DNA of 64,000 nt from IMG/VR virus record IMGVR_UViG_3300011871_000003, one strand, 5' to 3'. Position 1 is the stretch's first letter. Every line of letters begins with the position of its first letter. Below the pieces are notes generated by a model. That model made no database searches. It worked only from the letters and a program-made list of their open reading frames with translations, and was not told the origin of the DNA. A program made the position numbers and the translations under genes. Below, in pieces: positions 19,213 to 28,836 of the stretch. The stretch comes from an uncultured virus (IMG/VR IMGVR_UViG_3300011871_000003). Lineage: Duplodnaviria; Heunggongvirae; Uroviricota; Caudoviricetes.

Positions 19213-20595
19213 ATGAAAAAAGTAAAGGGAAAAGGTTTTTCTTTAATGGAAATGATGCTGGTTTTAGGATCTATAGCAGCAATTGTTGCTATAGGGTTTT
19301 GGATATATAGCATAGCATCAGAAAGACAAAGGGTAAATACTGCTCAAAAACAACTAGCATCTATACAGAAAGGTATAGAAGATATGTCAGGGATCTATTC
19401 TGACATTGATGAAGCAAGAACAATGTTGTTACAAAGTAAAGTTTTACCAAGCAATATGGTAAGCGGCTCTGATTTAGTAAACCCTTGGAGAGGTAAAATA
19501 ACAATAACTCCAAGAAATGGAAGTAATAATTTTTACAACGTTTCTTATTATAATGTCCCATCAAACTCATGTATAGATCTTGTAAATAAGTCTCGTGTAT
19601 TCTATAGAACTGTAGAGTCTTCAAACTCTTCTTTAGCTAATACTGGAAGTGTTAATAATGTTGTAGATTTTTGTTCTAAAATTGGAAAAAATGATTCTAT
19701 AGTATTTTCTAACTTTTATACTGGTGATACGGTATATGAAGCCAGTGTTTCGAATAGTATTTCTACATCAAATAGTATATCTACCTCAACAAGCGTTTCT
19801 ACTTCAATAAGTATATCAAATAGCATAAGTACAAGTATTTCAACATCTAAAAGTATAAGCTCAAGTATTTCAGCATCAACAAGTGCTTCAATAAGTAATA
19901 GTATAAGCTCATCAATATCTACTAGTACTTCAATAAGCAATAGTAAAAGTGCTTCAACATCAACAAGCATATCCAATAGTATCAGTGCTTCTAAATCAAC
20001 CAGTACTTCTATAAGTAATAGTATCAGTGCTTCGACGAGCACTTCAAAATCAATATCAGCAAGTGCTAGCGCATCAGCTTCTTTAAGTGCATCAAGATCT
20101 GTTTCAGCAAGTATAAGTTCGTCAAAATCATTAAGTACTTCAAGATCTGCCTCGATTTCAGCATCTACTTCTGCAAGTTTAAGTGCATCAAGATCTGTTT
20201 CTACATCTAAAAGTATAAGCATATCTAAATCTATTTCAGCCCCAGTTGTGGCCTCTGGTCAAAAAGATAACAATATGGTAAGCAGAATAAAAGGTAATAA
20301 AGTTTACTCAGCGCAGCCAGTTCCGCATTTAAATGGTTATATACTTGGTTATTTGGAATATATGTCATTTAATGTAAATGGTAAGATGTATTATGTTATG
20401 GCTAAAAATATGGGATTCGGTCTTGCTGGAGCGACAACAGCAAATACATATAGAATACCTGTAAACGTAGGTCAAGTTAAAAATATATCTAATGAAATAC
20501 AAGCAGCAACAACGGCTGCGCAAATGCAAGCTGTATTTAATAAGTATGGATTAGGAGCACTATATAATATATTACGAACTGGTTTCTATTATTAA
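19213..20595 (+). CDS. type IV prepilin with about 165 aa Ser-X stalk and distinct C-terminal domain
   Basis: pilin domain closely similar to 17134 gene; different tail. Confidence 0.85.
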   Translation: MKKVKGKGFSLMEMMLVLGSIAAIVAIGFWIYSIASERQRVNTAQKQLASIQKGIEDMSGIYSDIDEARTMLLQSKVLPSNMVSGSDLVNPWRGKITITPRNGSNNFYNVSYYNVPSNSCIDLVNKSRVFYRTVESSNSSLANTGSVNNVVDFCSKIGKNDSIVFSNFYTGDTVYEASVSNSISTSNSISTSTSVSTSISISNSISTSISTSKSISSSISASTSASISNSISSSISTSTSISNSKSASTSTSISNSISASKSTSTSISNSISASTSTSKSISASASASASLSASRSVSASISSSKSLSTSRSASISASTSASLSASRSVSTSKSISISKSISAPVVASGQKDNNMVSRIKGNKVYSAQPVPHLNGYILGYLEYMSFNVNGKMYYVMAKNMGFGLAGATTANTYRIPVNVGQVKNISNEIQAATTAAQMQAVFNKYGLGALYNILRTGFYY

Positions 20596-20738
20596 GTTAA
20601 AATTTAGGTAAATAAAAGGCTACTACGGTAGCCTTTTTAAATGATAATAATTATTATTTGTATTTGTTTGATCTTTTAAAAATAACAGGTTATTGTATTT
20701 AAGGATGTTTTATAAAATTATTTAGGAGTTTTTAGATT

Positions 20739-22106
20739 ATGTTTAAAAGGAAAAGTAAGGGATTTTCTTTAATGGAAATGATGCTCTCTTTAGGAGCTAT
20801 TGTTGCATTAATGGCTGTTATTTTGTGGGTATTTAACGTTATGTCTGAGAGGCAAAAGGTAAGTACGGCAATAAAAGGCTTAGGGTATATTCAACAAGCA
20901 ATGAATAAAATAGAAGGGTCTTATTCAAGTGTTGAAGAAGGGAGAAATATGATCCTTGGTGGAAATTTATTGCCAAGTAATATGAAACAGGGAAATAGAT
21001 TAGTTAATCCTTGGGATGGTGAAATAACAATAACAGATCATGATGGAACAAATGAATTTTATGACATTACTTATTATAAAGTAACAGAGAAATCCTGTCC
21101 AGATCTTGTAGGAAGATCAAGGCCATTATTTAAAAGTGTAATAAGAAAATCAGATACTAAAACAATAAATAGTGATTCATCAATAACTGATATAGTAACT
21201 TTTTGTAAAAACTCACTAAATGATGGGATTATATTCTCAAGTTATTACGAAGGCGATACAGTTTATAAAACAAGTGTTTCAACCAGTGTATCTAATAGTA
21301 TAAGCACCTCTGTATCCACAAGTGTATCAACATCAAAAAGTATAAGTACATCCGTATCAGCTTCTGTTAGTGCATCTGTTAGTGCGAGTGTGAGTGCCTC
21401 TACATCAGCATCTAAAAGTATTTCAACAAGCAAATCTATAAGTTCAAGCATTTCAACAAGTATAAGTGCTTCCGCTTCTGCTTCAAAAAGTGTATCAACA
21501 AGTGATAGTATATCAAACAGTATATCAGCATCTGCTGCCAATAATATAGATGCGGTGATGACCAGTAAAAGTATGTATTATGTAAGTGATGGTGGTCTAG
21601 ATGGTGTAGAAGAATGGTATGAATATAAAACTACAACAGGTACTTGTAGTTTTGAACATTACCAATATAATATGCCAGCTACGATACTAACAACTTTACC
21701 TCATGTAAATGCTATTCAAATGTCAAATATATTAAGTGATAGATACTATGTATTAAAAACAGGTTATAGTTGGGGGACAGGTAAATTAGCTTGTTCTTCT
21801 CATGCTACATATTGTGATTTAGGTGATTATGCAACTGCTGGAATTGGAAATATGTTTAGAATACCTAAAACATTAACGAATGCAAAAGTATATAGTGAAT
21901 TAAATGATCATATATTAGGCTCTGCCAATTTTCCAACAATAATGAATGAGTTTAGAAGATTATATTACAATGTTCCTTTCTCTCCAGCAGCTCGTGTGGT
22001 ATGGAGTTGCACGACAGGAGAAAGATCCTCATTAGCTCTTGATAATAAAAACAGAAAAGTAATATATCGAGTTGGTAATAATATAGTGTCTCAATATGGT
22101 TTGTAA
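20739..22106 (+). CDS. type IV prepilin with about 87 aa Ser-X stalk and Cys/aromatic-rich C-terminal domain
   Basis: [18 protein letters not shown]...SC, GDTVY, (S-x)n, about 190 aa tail with 4 Cys. Confidence 0.85.
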   Translation: MFKRKSKGFSLMEMMLSLGAIVALMAVILWVFNVMSERQKVSTAIKGLGYIQQAMNKIEGSYSSVEEGRNMILGGNLLPSNMKQGNRLVNPWDGEITITDHDGTNEFYDITYYKVTEKSCPDLVGRSRPLFKSVIRKSDTKTINSDSSITDIVTFCKNSLNDGIIFSSYYEGDTVYKTSVSTSVSNSISTSVSTSVSTSKSISTSVSASVSASVSASVSASTSASKSISTSKSISSSISTSISASASASKSVSTSDSISNSISASAANNIDAVMTSKSMYYVSDGGLDGVEEWYEYKTTTGTCSFEHYQYNMPATILTTLPHVNAIQMSNILSDRYYVLKTGYSWGTGKLACSSHATYCDLGDYATAGIGNMFRIPKTLTNAKVYSELNDHILGSANFPTIMNEFRRLYYNVPFSPAARVVWSCTTGERSSLALDNKNRKVIYRVGNNIVSQYGL

Positions 22107-22236
22107 GATAAGATAAGATAAAAAAGCAAAGCTATACTTTTCAGGTATAGCTTTTTTTTTGAAAAAAATAGCTTGCATGTTACAAAATGATTAGATATAA
22201 TGTTGTCATTATTTAATCTAAAACAATAGGTAAAAA

Positions 22237-22630
22237 ATGAAGAAAAGTGAACTGATTAAAAAATTAAATGAAATCAATGGAGATCCAGAAGTTCTTGTAT
22301 GGAATGGTTTTGTTGGTGATTATCAGAAAATTTCTTCAAACGTGGAAGAAACAATGTTGTTTAAGGAGTGNNNNNNNNNNTAAGAATTTAGTATTTGAGG
22401 AAATGAAAAATCGTAAAAGTTTTGACGAGCTTCCAGAAGATCTAATGGTTAAATTAAGAGCAGAAGCGAAGGAGTATGCCTCTAAAAGAGAGTGGGAACT
22501 ACGCAATTTATATTTTGATGATGAGACAGCAAAAAGAGTATACGGAAAAAACAAGAAAAAAGTTGTTATACTGGAACTAAAAAATAGAGGTAAAGAAGCT
22601 TTCGATAGACTTGGTACGTTTAGTTATTAA
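22237..22630 (+). CDS. phage-type hypothetical protein (spans 10-N gap)
   Basis: ATG 22237 gives MKKSELIKKLNEINGDPEVLVWNG; continues after gap in the tracked frame. Confidence 0.6.
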
Positions 22631-22715
22631 TAATTAAGTTTTTGTTGTGCATAACAAAAGAAGGTAGTATAATAGCTTCATTGAAACAAACAACCTACTT
22701 AATAGGAACTAAAAA

Positions 22716-23027
22716 ATGAAAAAAATTGCTGTAGCTATTCTGAGTGTCGCTCTGATTGTCTCATCTATGTCAGTTCAGGCTAAATCATCAACGGGTAAAA
22801 CCCTTGCTTGGTTAGCGGCTGGTGCTGTTGCTGGATATGCGATTAAAAGCGCTATGGGAGATAATAATAGCAATAATCAAAGCTCTCAATACCAAAATAA
22901 TCGTGAGGTTCAATATCAAGATTCTGATGGCTGTATTGTAAAAGTATCTAAGCAACGTTTAGATAATGGTGATATTCAGGAAGTTCATGTAAAACAGTGT
23001 AGAAATAGCCAGAATTACAATTACTAA
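22716..23027 (+). CDS. secreted protein with glycine-zipper-like segment
   Basis: signal peptide VQA|K, LAAGAVAGYA; promoter TTGTGC 22645-N17-TATAAT. Confidence 0.7.
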   Translation: MKKIAVAILSVALIVSSMSVQAKSSTGKTLAWLAAGAVAGYAIKSAMGDNNSNNQSSQYQNNREVQYQDSDGCIVKVSKQRLDNGDIQEVHVKQCRNSQNYNY

Positions 23028-23035
23028 AAATAAAT

Positions 23036-23060
23036 AAAAAAGCACCTTCGGGTGCTTTTT
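23036..23060. terminator. bidirectional intrinsic terminator
   Basis: AAAAAAGCACC-TTCG-GGTGCTTTTT between convergent genes. Confidence 0.85.
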
Positions 23061-23068
23061 AGTTTTGA

Positions 23069-24163
23069 TTAAATATTGAATTTTGAAATAGTCTGATTTA
23101 AAAAAGATACTTTATTCTTAATATTATCAGAAAGTCTTACAGTATTAATAGATAAGTTAGAGTTTTGTTGAGTAATAATATTAATTTCATCAACAGAAAT
23201 ATTCACATTTTCTATTTTTTCTCTCTGATAAAAAGACGCCTGACTAATTTTAGATAAAGAATCATTGATTCGTTCAATCATAATAGAAATTTCTTTTATA
23301 TATTCTTCATTTTTATTATTCAATGAGACAACCTTTTTAATTTGCCATGAAGAATTCTCTACCAATTTTTTAATATCTTTTGCTGATGTAGCACAGCTTT
23401 GAGCTAAGTTTCTTATTTCAGATGCTACAACAGAAAATCCCTGTCCATAAGAACCTGCTCTTGCTGCTTCAATAGAAGCATTCAAAGAAAGTATATTAGT
23501 TTTAAATGCCATCTCACTAATAAAGTCTGATATCTTATTTATCTCGGAAGATTGTTCACTAATATTATTTATAGATAACGTTAGCGTTTTTGTATTATCC
23601 AATGTTTCTGAAATGCTTTCCAAAGTATGCTGGGTATGATTATAAACTTCTTTTGCCTCATTTTCATTTTGATGAGAAAAAGCATACAAGTTTTTTATAT
23701 TATCAGCAGTATTTTGAATAGAGCGGTGCTCTTGTTCTGTTCTAACTGAAAGTTCATCATTACCTTTCTGTAGATTATTTACTTCAATAGAAATATCTTT
23801 TGCTGATTGATTTATAACATTAACAATATTGATAATAGAGTTTTGCATATCTTTAATTTGAGGTATAAGTTTACCAGCACAGTTCATTCCAAATAAGTCT
23901 ATAGGTGTATTTATTTTACCTAATGTTATTTCTTTGAGAGCATCTTGAATTTTATTAATAGGTTTAACTAAATAAATAGTCATGTAGGTATATATAAAAA
24001 AAGTTATAAATAATAATAAAAAAGGAATGGATATAAAAAACTTCATTGCAATGGGCTTATATTCAGAAAAATATAGCAATAAAGGAATAAAACAATAAAC
24101 TGAAAACGAAAAAAGAATAAAACAAATAAGTGTTCTAACAGAAATATCTTTTAAAAATTTCAT
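23069..24163 (-). CDS. methyl-accepting chemotaxis protein (2 TM, HAMP, signalling domain)
   Basis: TNILSLNASIEAARAGSYGQGFSVVASEIRNLAQ hairpin motif; start set at MKFLK (GGAGG RBS). Confidence 0.9.
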   Translation of the reverse strand: MKFLKDISVRTLICFILFSFSVYCFIPLLLYFSEYKPIAMKFFISIPFLLLFITFFIYTYMTIYLVKPINKIQDALKEITLGKINTPIDLFGMNCAGKLIPQIKDMQNSIINIVNVINQSAKDISIEVNNLQKGNDELSVRTEQEHRSIQNTADNIKNLYAFSHQNENEAKEVYNHTQHTLESISETLDNTKTLTLSINNISEQSSEINKISDFISEMAFKTNILSLNASIEAARAGSYGQGFSVVASEIRNLAQSCATSAKDIKKLVENSSWQIKKVVSLNNKNEEYIKEISIMIERINDSLSKISQASFYQREKIENVNISVDEINIITQQNSNLSINTVRLSDNIKNKVSFLNQTISKFNI

Positions 24164-24377
24164 ACAGCCTCCTATGTTTTTAAATAAATAGCACGAAATA
24201 ACAAAAAAATAAAGATGACGCAAAAGAAATTTAACATTTAATGATAGATTGGAATAATCAGGAGAAAAAAGAAAGAAAAGGAATAAGTTCTTGAGAAGCA
24301 TGGGTAAGTACGATATAATCAAAACCTTAGTTAGATAATTTATAAATATGTCATTTTAAATAAAAAGAGGAAAAAAT

Positions 24378-25371
24378 ATGTCACATTTCGTCGTTGTTGT
24401 AGTCGGTGAAGAAAATCTTAAGCAAACTCTTGCTCCATTCCAAGAAAGTCCCTCAGATCCAAAAGAAAGTGGCTTTTGTGTATTTGTAAATAAAAACGAA
24501 GATAAAGAAGCTCAAGAAGATTATAAAACAGGTAAAACCGCTATTGTTGAACTTAATGGAATAAAATACAGTCGTTATAGTAGTGAAGTTCGTAAGTATG
24601 AAAAGTATGTAAATTCCAAAGATATTTTTGGAGAGAAAGTTTTAGAACTTCCAGAAGGATCTAAAGAGTATGAAGGTTCTTTAAGTATTCTGTATCCTAC
24701 TTTTGAGGATTATTTATCAGAATATTGTGGACATGAATATGACGAATCTCAAGGTGCTTACGGTTATTGGAAAAATCCTAATGCTAAATGGGATTGGTAT
24801 GAAATTGGTGGTGGTTGGACAGGTTTCTTTAAAGGTAAGGCGGCGGCTAAAGGTGTCTACTGGATCTCCGGGACTAATGACACCATCAGCAAAAGAAGGT
24901 TATTATGACAGGATCAGGATCAAAGACATCGACTTTGAAGGTATCGAAAAAGAGGCAATTCAAGACGCAAATAAAGTATATGATAAGATTGAATCCATTT
25001 TAAAAGGAAGAAAATATCCATCTTGGACAGAAATTCGAGAAAAGCATGGTGAAAAAATTGATGCTGCAAGAGAAGAGTATCGTAACCATGAAGTGGTGAA
25101 AGATTTTGACAAAGCTAAATTCTTTATTTGGGGTGATTTTTATGATGAATATGCTGCTTCAAGAGAGGAATATGTTGAAAAACGCCGTGTAGGAGCAATT
25201 GTTCCATTCGCCTTTGTTAAAGATGGTCAGTGGGTAGAGAAAGGTGAAATGGGTTGGTTTGGTATGACAAGTAATGAGAAAGAACAAAATGATTGGAACA
25301 AAGAGTTTTATGACATGATTAAATCTCTTCCAGAAGATACTCTGCTAACTGTTGTAGATTGTCATATTTAA
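24378..25371 (+). pseudogene. conserved phage-type protein split by a frameshift near 24830-24860
   Basis: NPNAKWDWYEIGG in first frame, continuation ...AFVKDGQW.EKGEMGWFG...VDCHI in +1 frame; intact shorter paralog at 27619. Confidence 0.7.
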
Positions 25372-25440
25372 TAAAATAAATAGTAAATAAAATCCCCTTC
25401 CGAGGGGATTTATTAATTTAAACAAATAAAGGTGATATAA

Positions 25441-26520
25441 ATGGGATCGTTTAATACTACTTGTGCAGTTAGCCATGCCTCTATTAGAGATGGAGATAAA
25501 GTTCGTCTATTCTTTTTACTTTCAAACCAATTTAGTTATAATTTTGATCCACAAAGAGATTCGATTAATAAAGGAGGGCAATGTTATCCTTGGGATGATT
25601 TTACAATAATTGGTGGTGTTTCTATTCCGGCGACTTATGTTGATTATGGTTCTTACGATTTTGATGAAAAATCCATTGAGGCTCTTTATATTCATGATTT
25701 CATTACTACTAATTATGTAGAAAATGTTTCAGAAAAAGGTAGAGAATATAATGAATTCCATGATCACATGAATGTAAAAGTAGAAGATCTATCTTGGAGT
25801 AAAATTCAGCATATGATTAATAGTGGGCGTTTATTCTTGAATGGTAGTGGATATAATAAAGATAAAAGCAATCTCCCTTTTGTCGCTGTTTTTGCTGTTC
25901 ATGAAAATGTATATCAGGTGATGATCGGTTCAGATGAACAGATTGAAAATGAATTATCAAATAGTGAAATTGATAAGGCCGGTAATCATTTCTCTATCAT
26001 TGAAAAAAGATTTTTCAATTTACAACCTATAGCTAATGCAGAAGAACCTACTATGGGAATGAAACAGTTAGCTAAAAAATTGAATTTAAATACAGATAAT
26101 AAAAAAATAGAACGAGCAGCTTTAGAAACAGATAAATTTCTAATCAGTATGTATTGTTATAATCTGATGTTGCGTCCAGTAAGAACATCAGGACAAGACG
26201 GAGATTTAGAAAGTGAAGTTAATTTTATGAGAAGAATCGCATCTGCTGTTGAAAATATTCCAGAGAAGTGGGATGATACATTACCAACAAATAAGTTTAG
26301 TTTAAATTGGCAAGAAGTAAATTTTTCTGATTTACAGAAAATGATTAAACAATGTTATAATCATTTAGATGATGAGGAATATTTATATTTTGCTAAGATG
26401 ATAGAAGGTAAAGATAAAATTATAATTGAATCGGAAGATTGGGAAAAGAATGAATATTATGAATATTTAGCAGATTTTTTCTCTAATAAAGTTTTACCAC
26501 TTCATATTTTAAACAAATAA
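25441..26520 (+). CDS. hypothetical protein (MGSFNTTC N-terminus, phage-type)
   Basis: 359 aa ORF, AGGTG RBS, flanked by terminators. Confidence 0.7.
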   Translation: MGSFNTTCAVSHASIRDGDKVRLFFLLSNQFSYNFDPQRDSINKGGQCYPWDDFTIIGGVSIPATYVDYGSYDFDEKSIEALYIHDFITTNYVENVSEKGREYNEFHDHMNVKVEDLSWSKIQHMINSGRLFLNGSGYNKDKSNLPFVAVFAVHENVYQVMIGSDEQIENELSNSEIDKAGNHFSIIEKRFFNLQPIANAEEPTMGMKQLAKKLNLNTDNKKIERAALETDKFLISMYCYNLMLRPVRTSGQDGDLESEVNFMRRIASAVENIPEKWDDTLPTNKFSLNWQEVNFSDLQKMIKQCYNHLDDEEYLYFAKMIEGKDKIIIESEDWEKNEYYEYLADFFSNKVLPLHILNK

Positions 26521-26568
26521 ATAAAAAGCCTCTTGCGAGGCTTTTTATTATATTAAGAATAAGAATAT

Positions 26569-27474
26569 TTAATCAAGATGAATAACAGGAGTAGTTGATT
26601 TTTCAGAAACAATAACCAACATTAGATTTTTGAGTAAATCTTTTTTATCTTTTTCATCAAACTTAACATTAACTTCTCTTTCAAGATCGTTAATAGCGTC
26701 CCTAACAGTCGATACAGCAGCTTTAACTATTTCCTTACGACTTTCCCCTACCTTCTTAGCTTGTTGGCGCTGTAGCATCGAATGAGCGATTTCTGGAGCA
26801 TAAGATATCTTAGTAATGTTAGCACTAATAATAACTACACCAATATCATGAATCTTATTATTTATATTATTCACTAACTCTTTAGAAAAGTTTTCTAAGT
26901 TTTTACTTAATGTTTCTTCATTTTCATCATCACTATCAAAAACATGTTGTGTAACGATTTTTCTTAGTTCACTTTCACTTGTGTTTAATATAATCTCAGC
27001 GGGTTTTTCAGCATTATAATGATAAGGAGCTGCCATTTCTACACGATAATTAACAACCATAGAGACATTAAGAGGAATGCCCTCTCTATCATTTATTTTG
27101 GTTTCTTGAGTTTCAAAAGTAGCAATTTTAGTGCTTATTTTTTCAAAAGAGAAAAAAGGATTAACCAAAGAAACACCTTCATCATTAATAGTTCCTCTAT
27201 ATTTCCCTAAGAAACTAACAACTACTTTTTCATTAGGAGAAACAATAATAAAACTATTAAAGAAAAATATAAGTGAAATAATAGAGAAAGACACAACACC
27301 AGCAACAGCCCAATATGAATAAACATTTGATGCTATTTCACTATAACCGCTATACTGAACACCAGAAATAACATTAAGGCCAGAATAAAAAGCAGCAGCA
27401 ATACATAAGACTGTAAGAATTAAACCTAAATATGATGCACTTAAGTTAACTTTTTCATCTTTTAAAATTTTCAT
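26569..27474 (-). CDS. SPFH/band 7 membrane protein
   Basis: 2 TM, FLGKYRGT, KINDREGIP, SYAPEIAHSMLQRQQA. Confidence 0.88.
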   Translation of the reverse strand: MKILKDEKVNLSASYLGLILTVLCIAAAFYSGLNVISGVQYSGYSEIASNVYSYWAVAGVVSFSIISLIFFFNSFIIVSPNEKVVVSFLGKYRGTINDEGVSLVNPFFSFEKISTKIATFETQETKINDREGIPLNVSMVVNYRVEMAAPYHYNAEKPAEIILNTSESELRKIVTQHVFDSDDENEETLSKNLENFSKELVNNINNKIHDIGVVIISANITKISYAPEIAHSMLQRQQAKKVGESRKEIVKAAVSTVRDAINDLEREVNVKFDEKDKKDLLKNLMLVIVSEKSTTPVIHLD

Positions 27475-27618
27475 TAAAACTCCTAATTATTAAATGTTAA
27501 GGAAATATTCTATCTTAAAAATATAGAGTATTACAACTTATTTTTATAATTTTTAATATTGTTTAATCAGATAGAAATATGCTATTCTATATTTAAAATA
27601 AAATAAGGAATCTTAAAA

Positions 27619-28119
27619 ATGCATTACGCTCTTATGACGATTTTAACAAAAGATATAAAAAAACAAATGGAAAAATATAAAGAAACAGAAGATAATCATT
27701 ACCCTATAGCAAAATGGGATAATTTTGGCGTAGGGAGAAGATTTGCAAAATTTTTTATTAGAAAAGATGGTGTAAGTACTTTTGCTGTAAAAATAAGTGA
27801 TATTGATTTTGAAGCAATGAAAAGTGAAATGAAAGAAGCAGCAGAAATTGAATATTCTTTCTTCGAAAACATGGAAGGCTTATCAGAAGAAAAGTTTAAA
27901 AGGATGATCAAAAGAACATTAGGAGAATACTTAACAAAAGAAGAGTATATTGAGAAAAGATGTAAAGAATACAGACTTCCTTCTGCTTTCCTTAAAGATG
28001 GTGAATGGTATGATGCAAAAAGATCAGGATCAGATGCTCAATGGGTAATAGACTTTGAAAAAATGTTTGAAGAACTCCCTGAAAGTACAGAGATAATTAT
28101 TTTAGATTGTCATATATAA
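27619..28119 (+). CDS. hypothetical protein, paralog of 24378-25371
   Basis: AKWD, IDFEAM, AFLKDGEW, LP....IILDCHI. Confidence 0.75.
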   Translation: MHYALMTILTKDIKKQMEKYKETEDNHYPIAKWDNFGVGRRFAKFFIRKDGVSTFAVKISDIDFEAMKSEMKEAAEIEYSFFENMEGLSEEKFKRMIKRTLGEYLTKEEYIEKRCKEYRLPSAFLKDGEWYDAKRSGSDAQWVIDFEKMFEELPESTEIIILDCHI

Positions 28120-28124
28120 AGTGT

Positions 28125-28153
28125 TTGCATTTGATAGAAAGATGTATTAGAAT
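28125..28153 (+). promoter_or_regulatory. sigma70 promoter
   Basis: TTGCAT-N17-TAGAAT immediately before the GC-rich structured region. Confidence 0.65.
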
Positions 28154-28159
28154 GGTTTT

Positions 28160-28410
28160 ATTGACACAGACTGGAACGTTTTAAACGGGTGTCAATGTCG
28201 GGTGAAAACCTCCTAGCCCAAGAGCAGGATATATAAAGACAAGGCCAGATTTTTGAGATGGTTGTGGTTCGTTGATTACCGAGAATGGGAATTCTGAATA
28301 AAAGCACACCGGACGATGAGCCGGGAGAACAGAGTCATTCGCTGTATTTCGTTGTCAGAGGCGAAAGAGTGTACGGGTAAATAGTCAATGAAACCACAAC
28401 CATTTCTTCA
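28160..28410 (+). ncRNA. candidate structured ncRNA or leader
   Basis: TTGACAC/GTGTCAA hairpin, then about 24-bp stem GAGATGGTTGTGGTTCGTTGATTA / TAGTCAATGAAACCACAACCATTTC enclosing branched hairpins; GC-rich; no tracked ORF. Confidence 0.6.
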
Positions 28411-28433
28411 TCTAAAATATAGGAAACTATAAA

Positions 28434-28724
28434 ATGAAATTAACTTCTCTCAAACCCGGCGATCTTGTTTTCAACGTGGCAAAAACAAAAATGGGTAATA
28501 CCACTTTAAAAACTATTTCTATTTATCCGGTTAAAATCATTGAAGTTCATGAAAATCACGTTATTGCTTCATGGAACGGTAATGCGCCTAAACGTTTTGG
28601 TGAAAATGTTGTAAGTAAATGGAAGAAAAAACAACCTGTAACTATTTTGAGTGGTTTTGGTATTCGCCGCCTTGCCACAAAAGAAGAAATTGCTGAAATG
28701 GAAAAAAATAAAGTAGATAAATAA
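28434..28724 (+). CDS. phage-type hypothetical protein
   Basis: 96 aa basic ORF, AGGA RBS, terminator at about 28757-28784. Confidence 0.7.
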   Translation: MKLTSLKPGDLVFNVAKTKMGNTTLKTISIYPVKIIEVHENHVIASWNGNAPKRFGENVVSKWKKKQPVTILSGFGIRRLATKEEIAEMEKNKVDK

Positions 28725-28836
28725 TATTAATTTCTAATAATAGGTTAAATAAAAATAAAAGGTCACTTCGAAGTGGCCTTTTTTGTTTGACCAAATTAAG
28801 AATATTTAAGATAATATAGAAAATAGGAGGAAATAT

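Noticed and set aside
17637..21541. Long minus-strand ORFs rich in L/E/A/D/V (17637-18305, 18405-18659, 19716-20222, 21263-21541)
   Set aside because: Antisense shadows of the Ser-X repeats; they coincide with the stalks of the + strand pilins.
24164..24322. 53-aa N-terminal extension of the MCP given by the ORF track
   Set aside because: A strong GGAGG RBS precedes the internal ATG at 24163; the extension looks like translated AT-rich promoter DNA.
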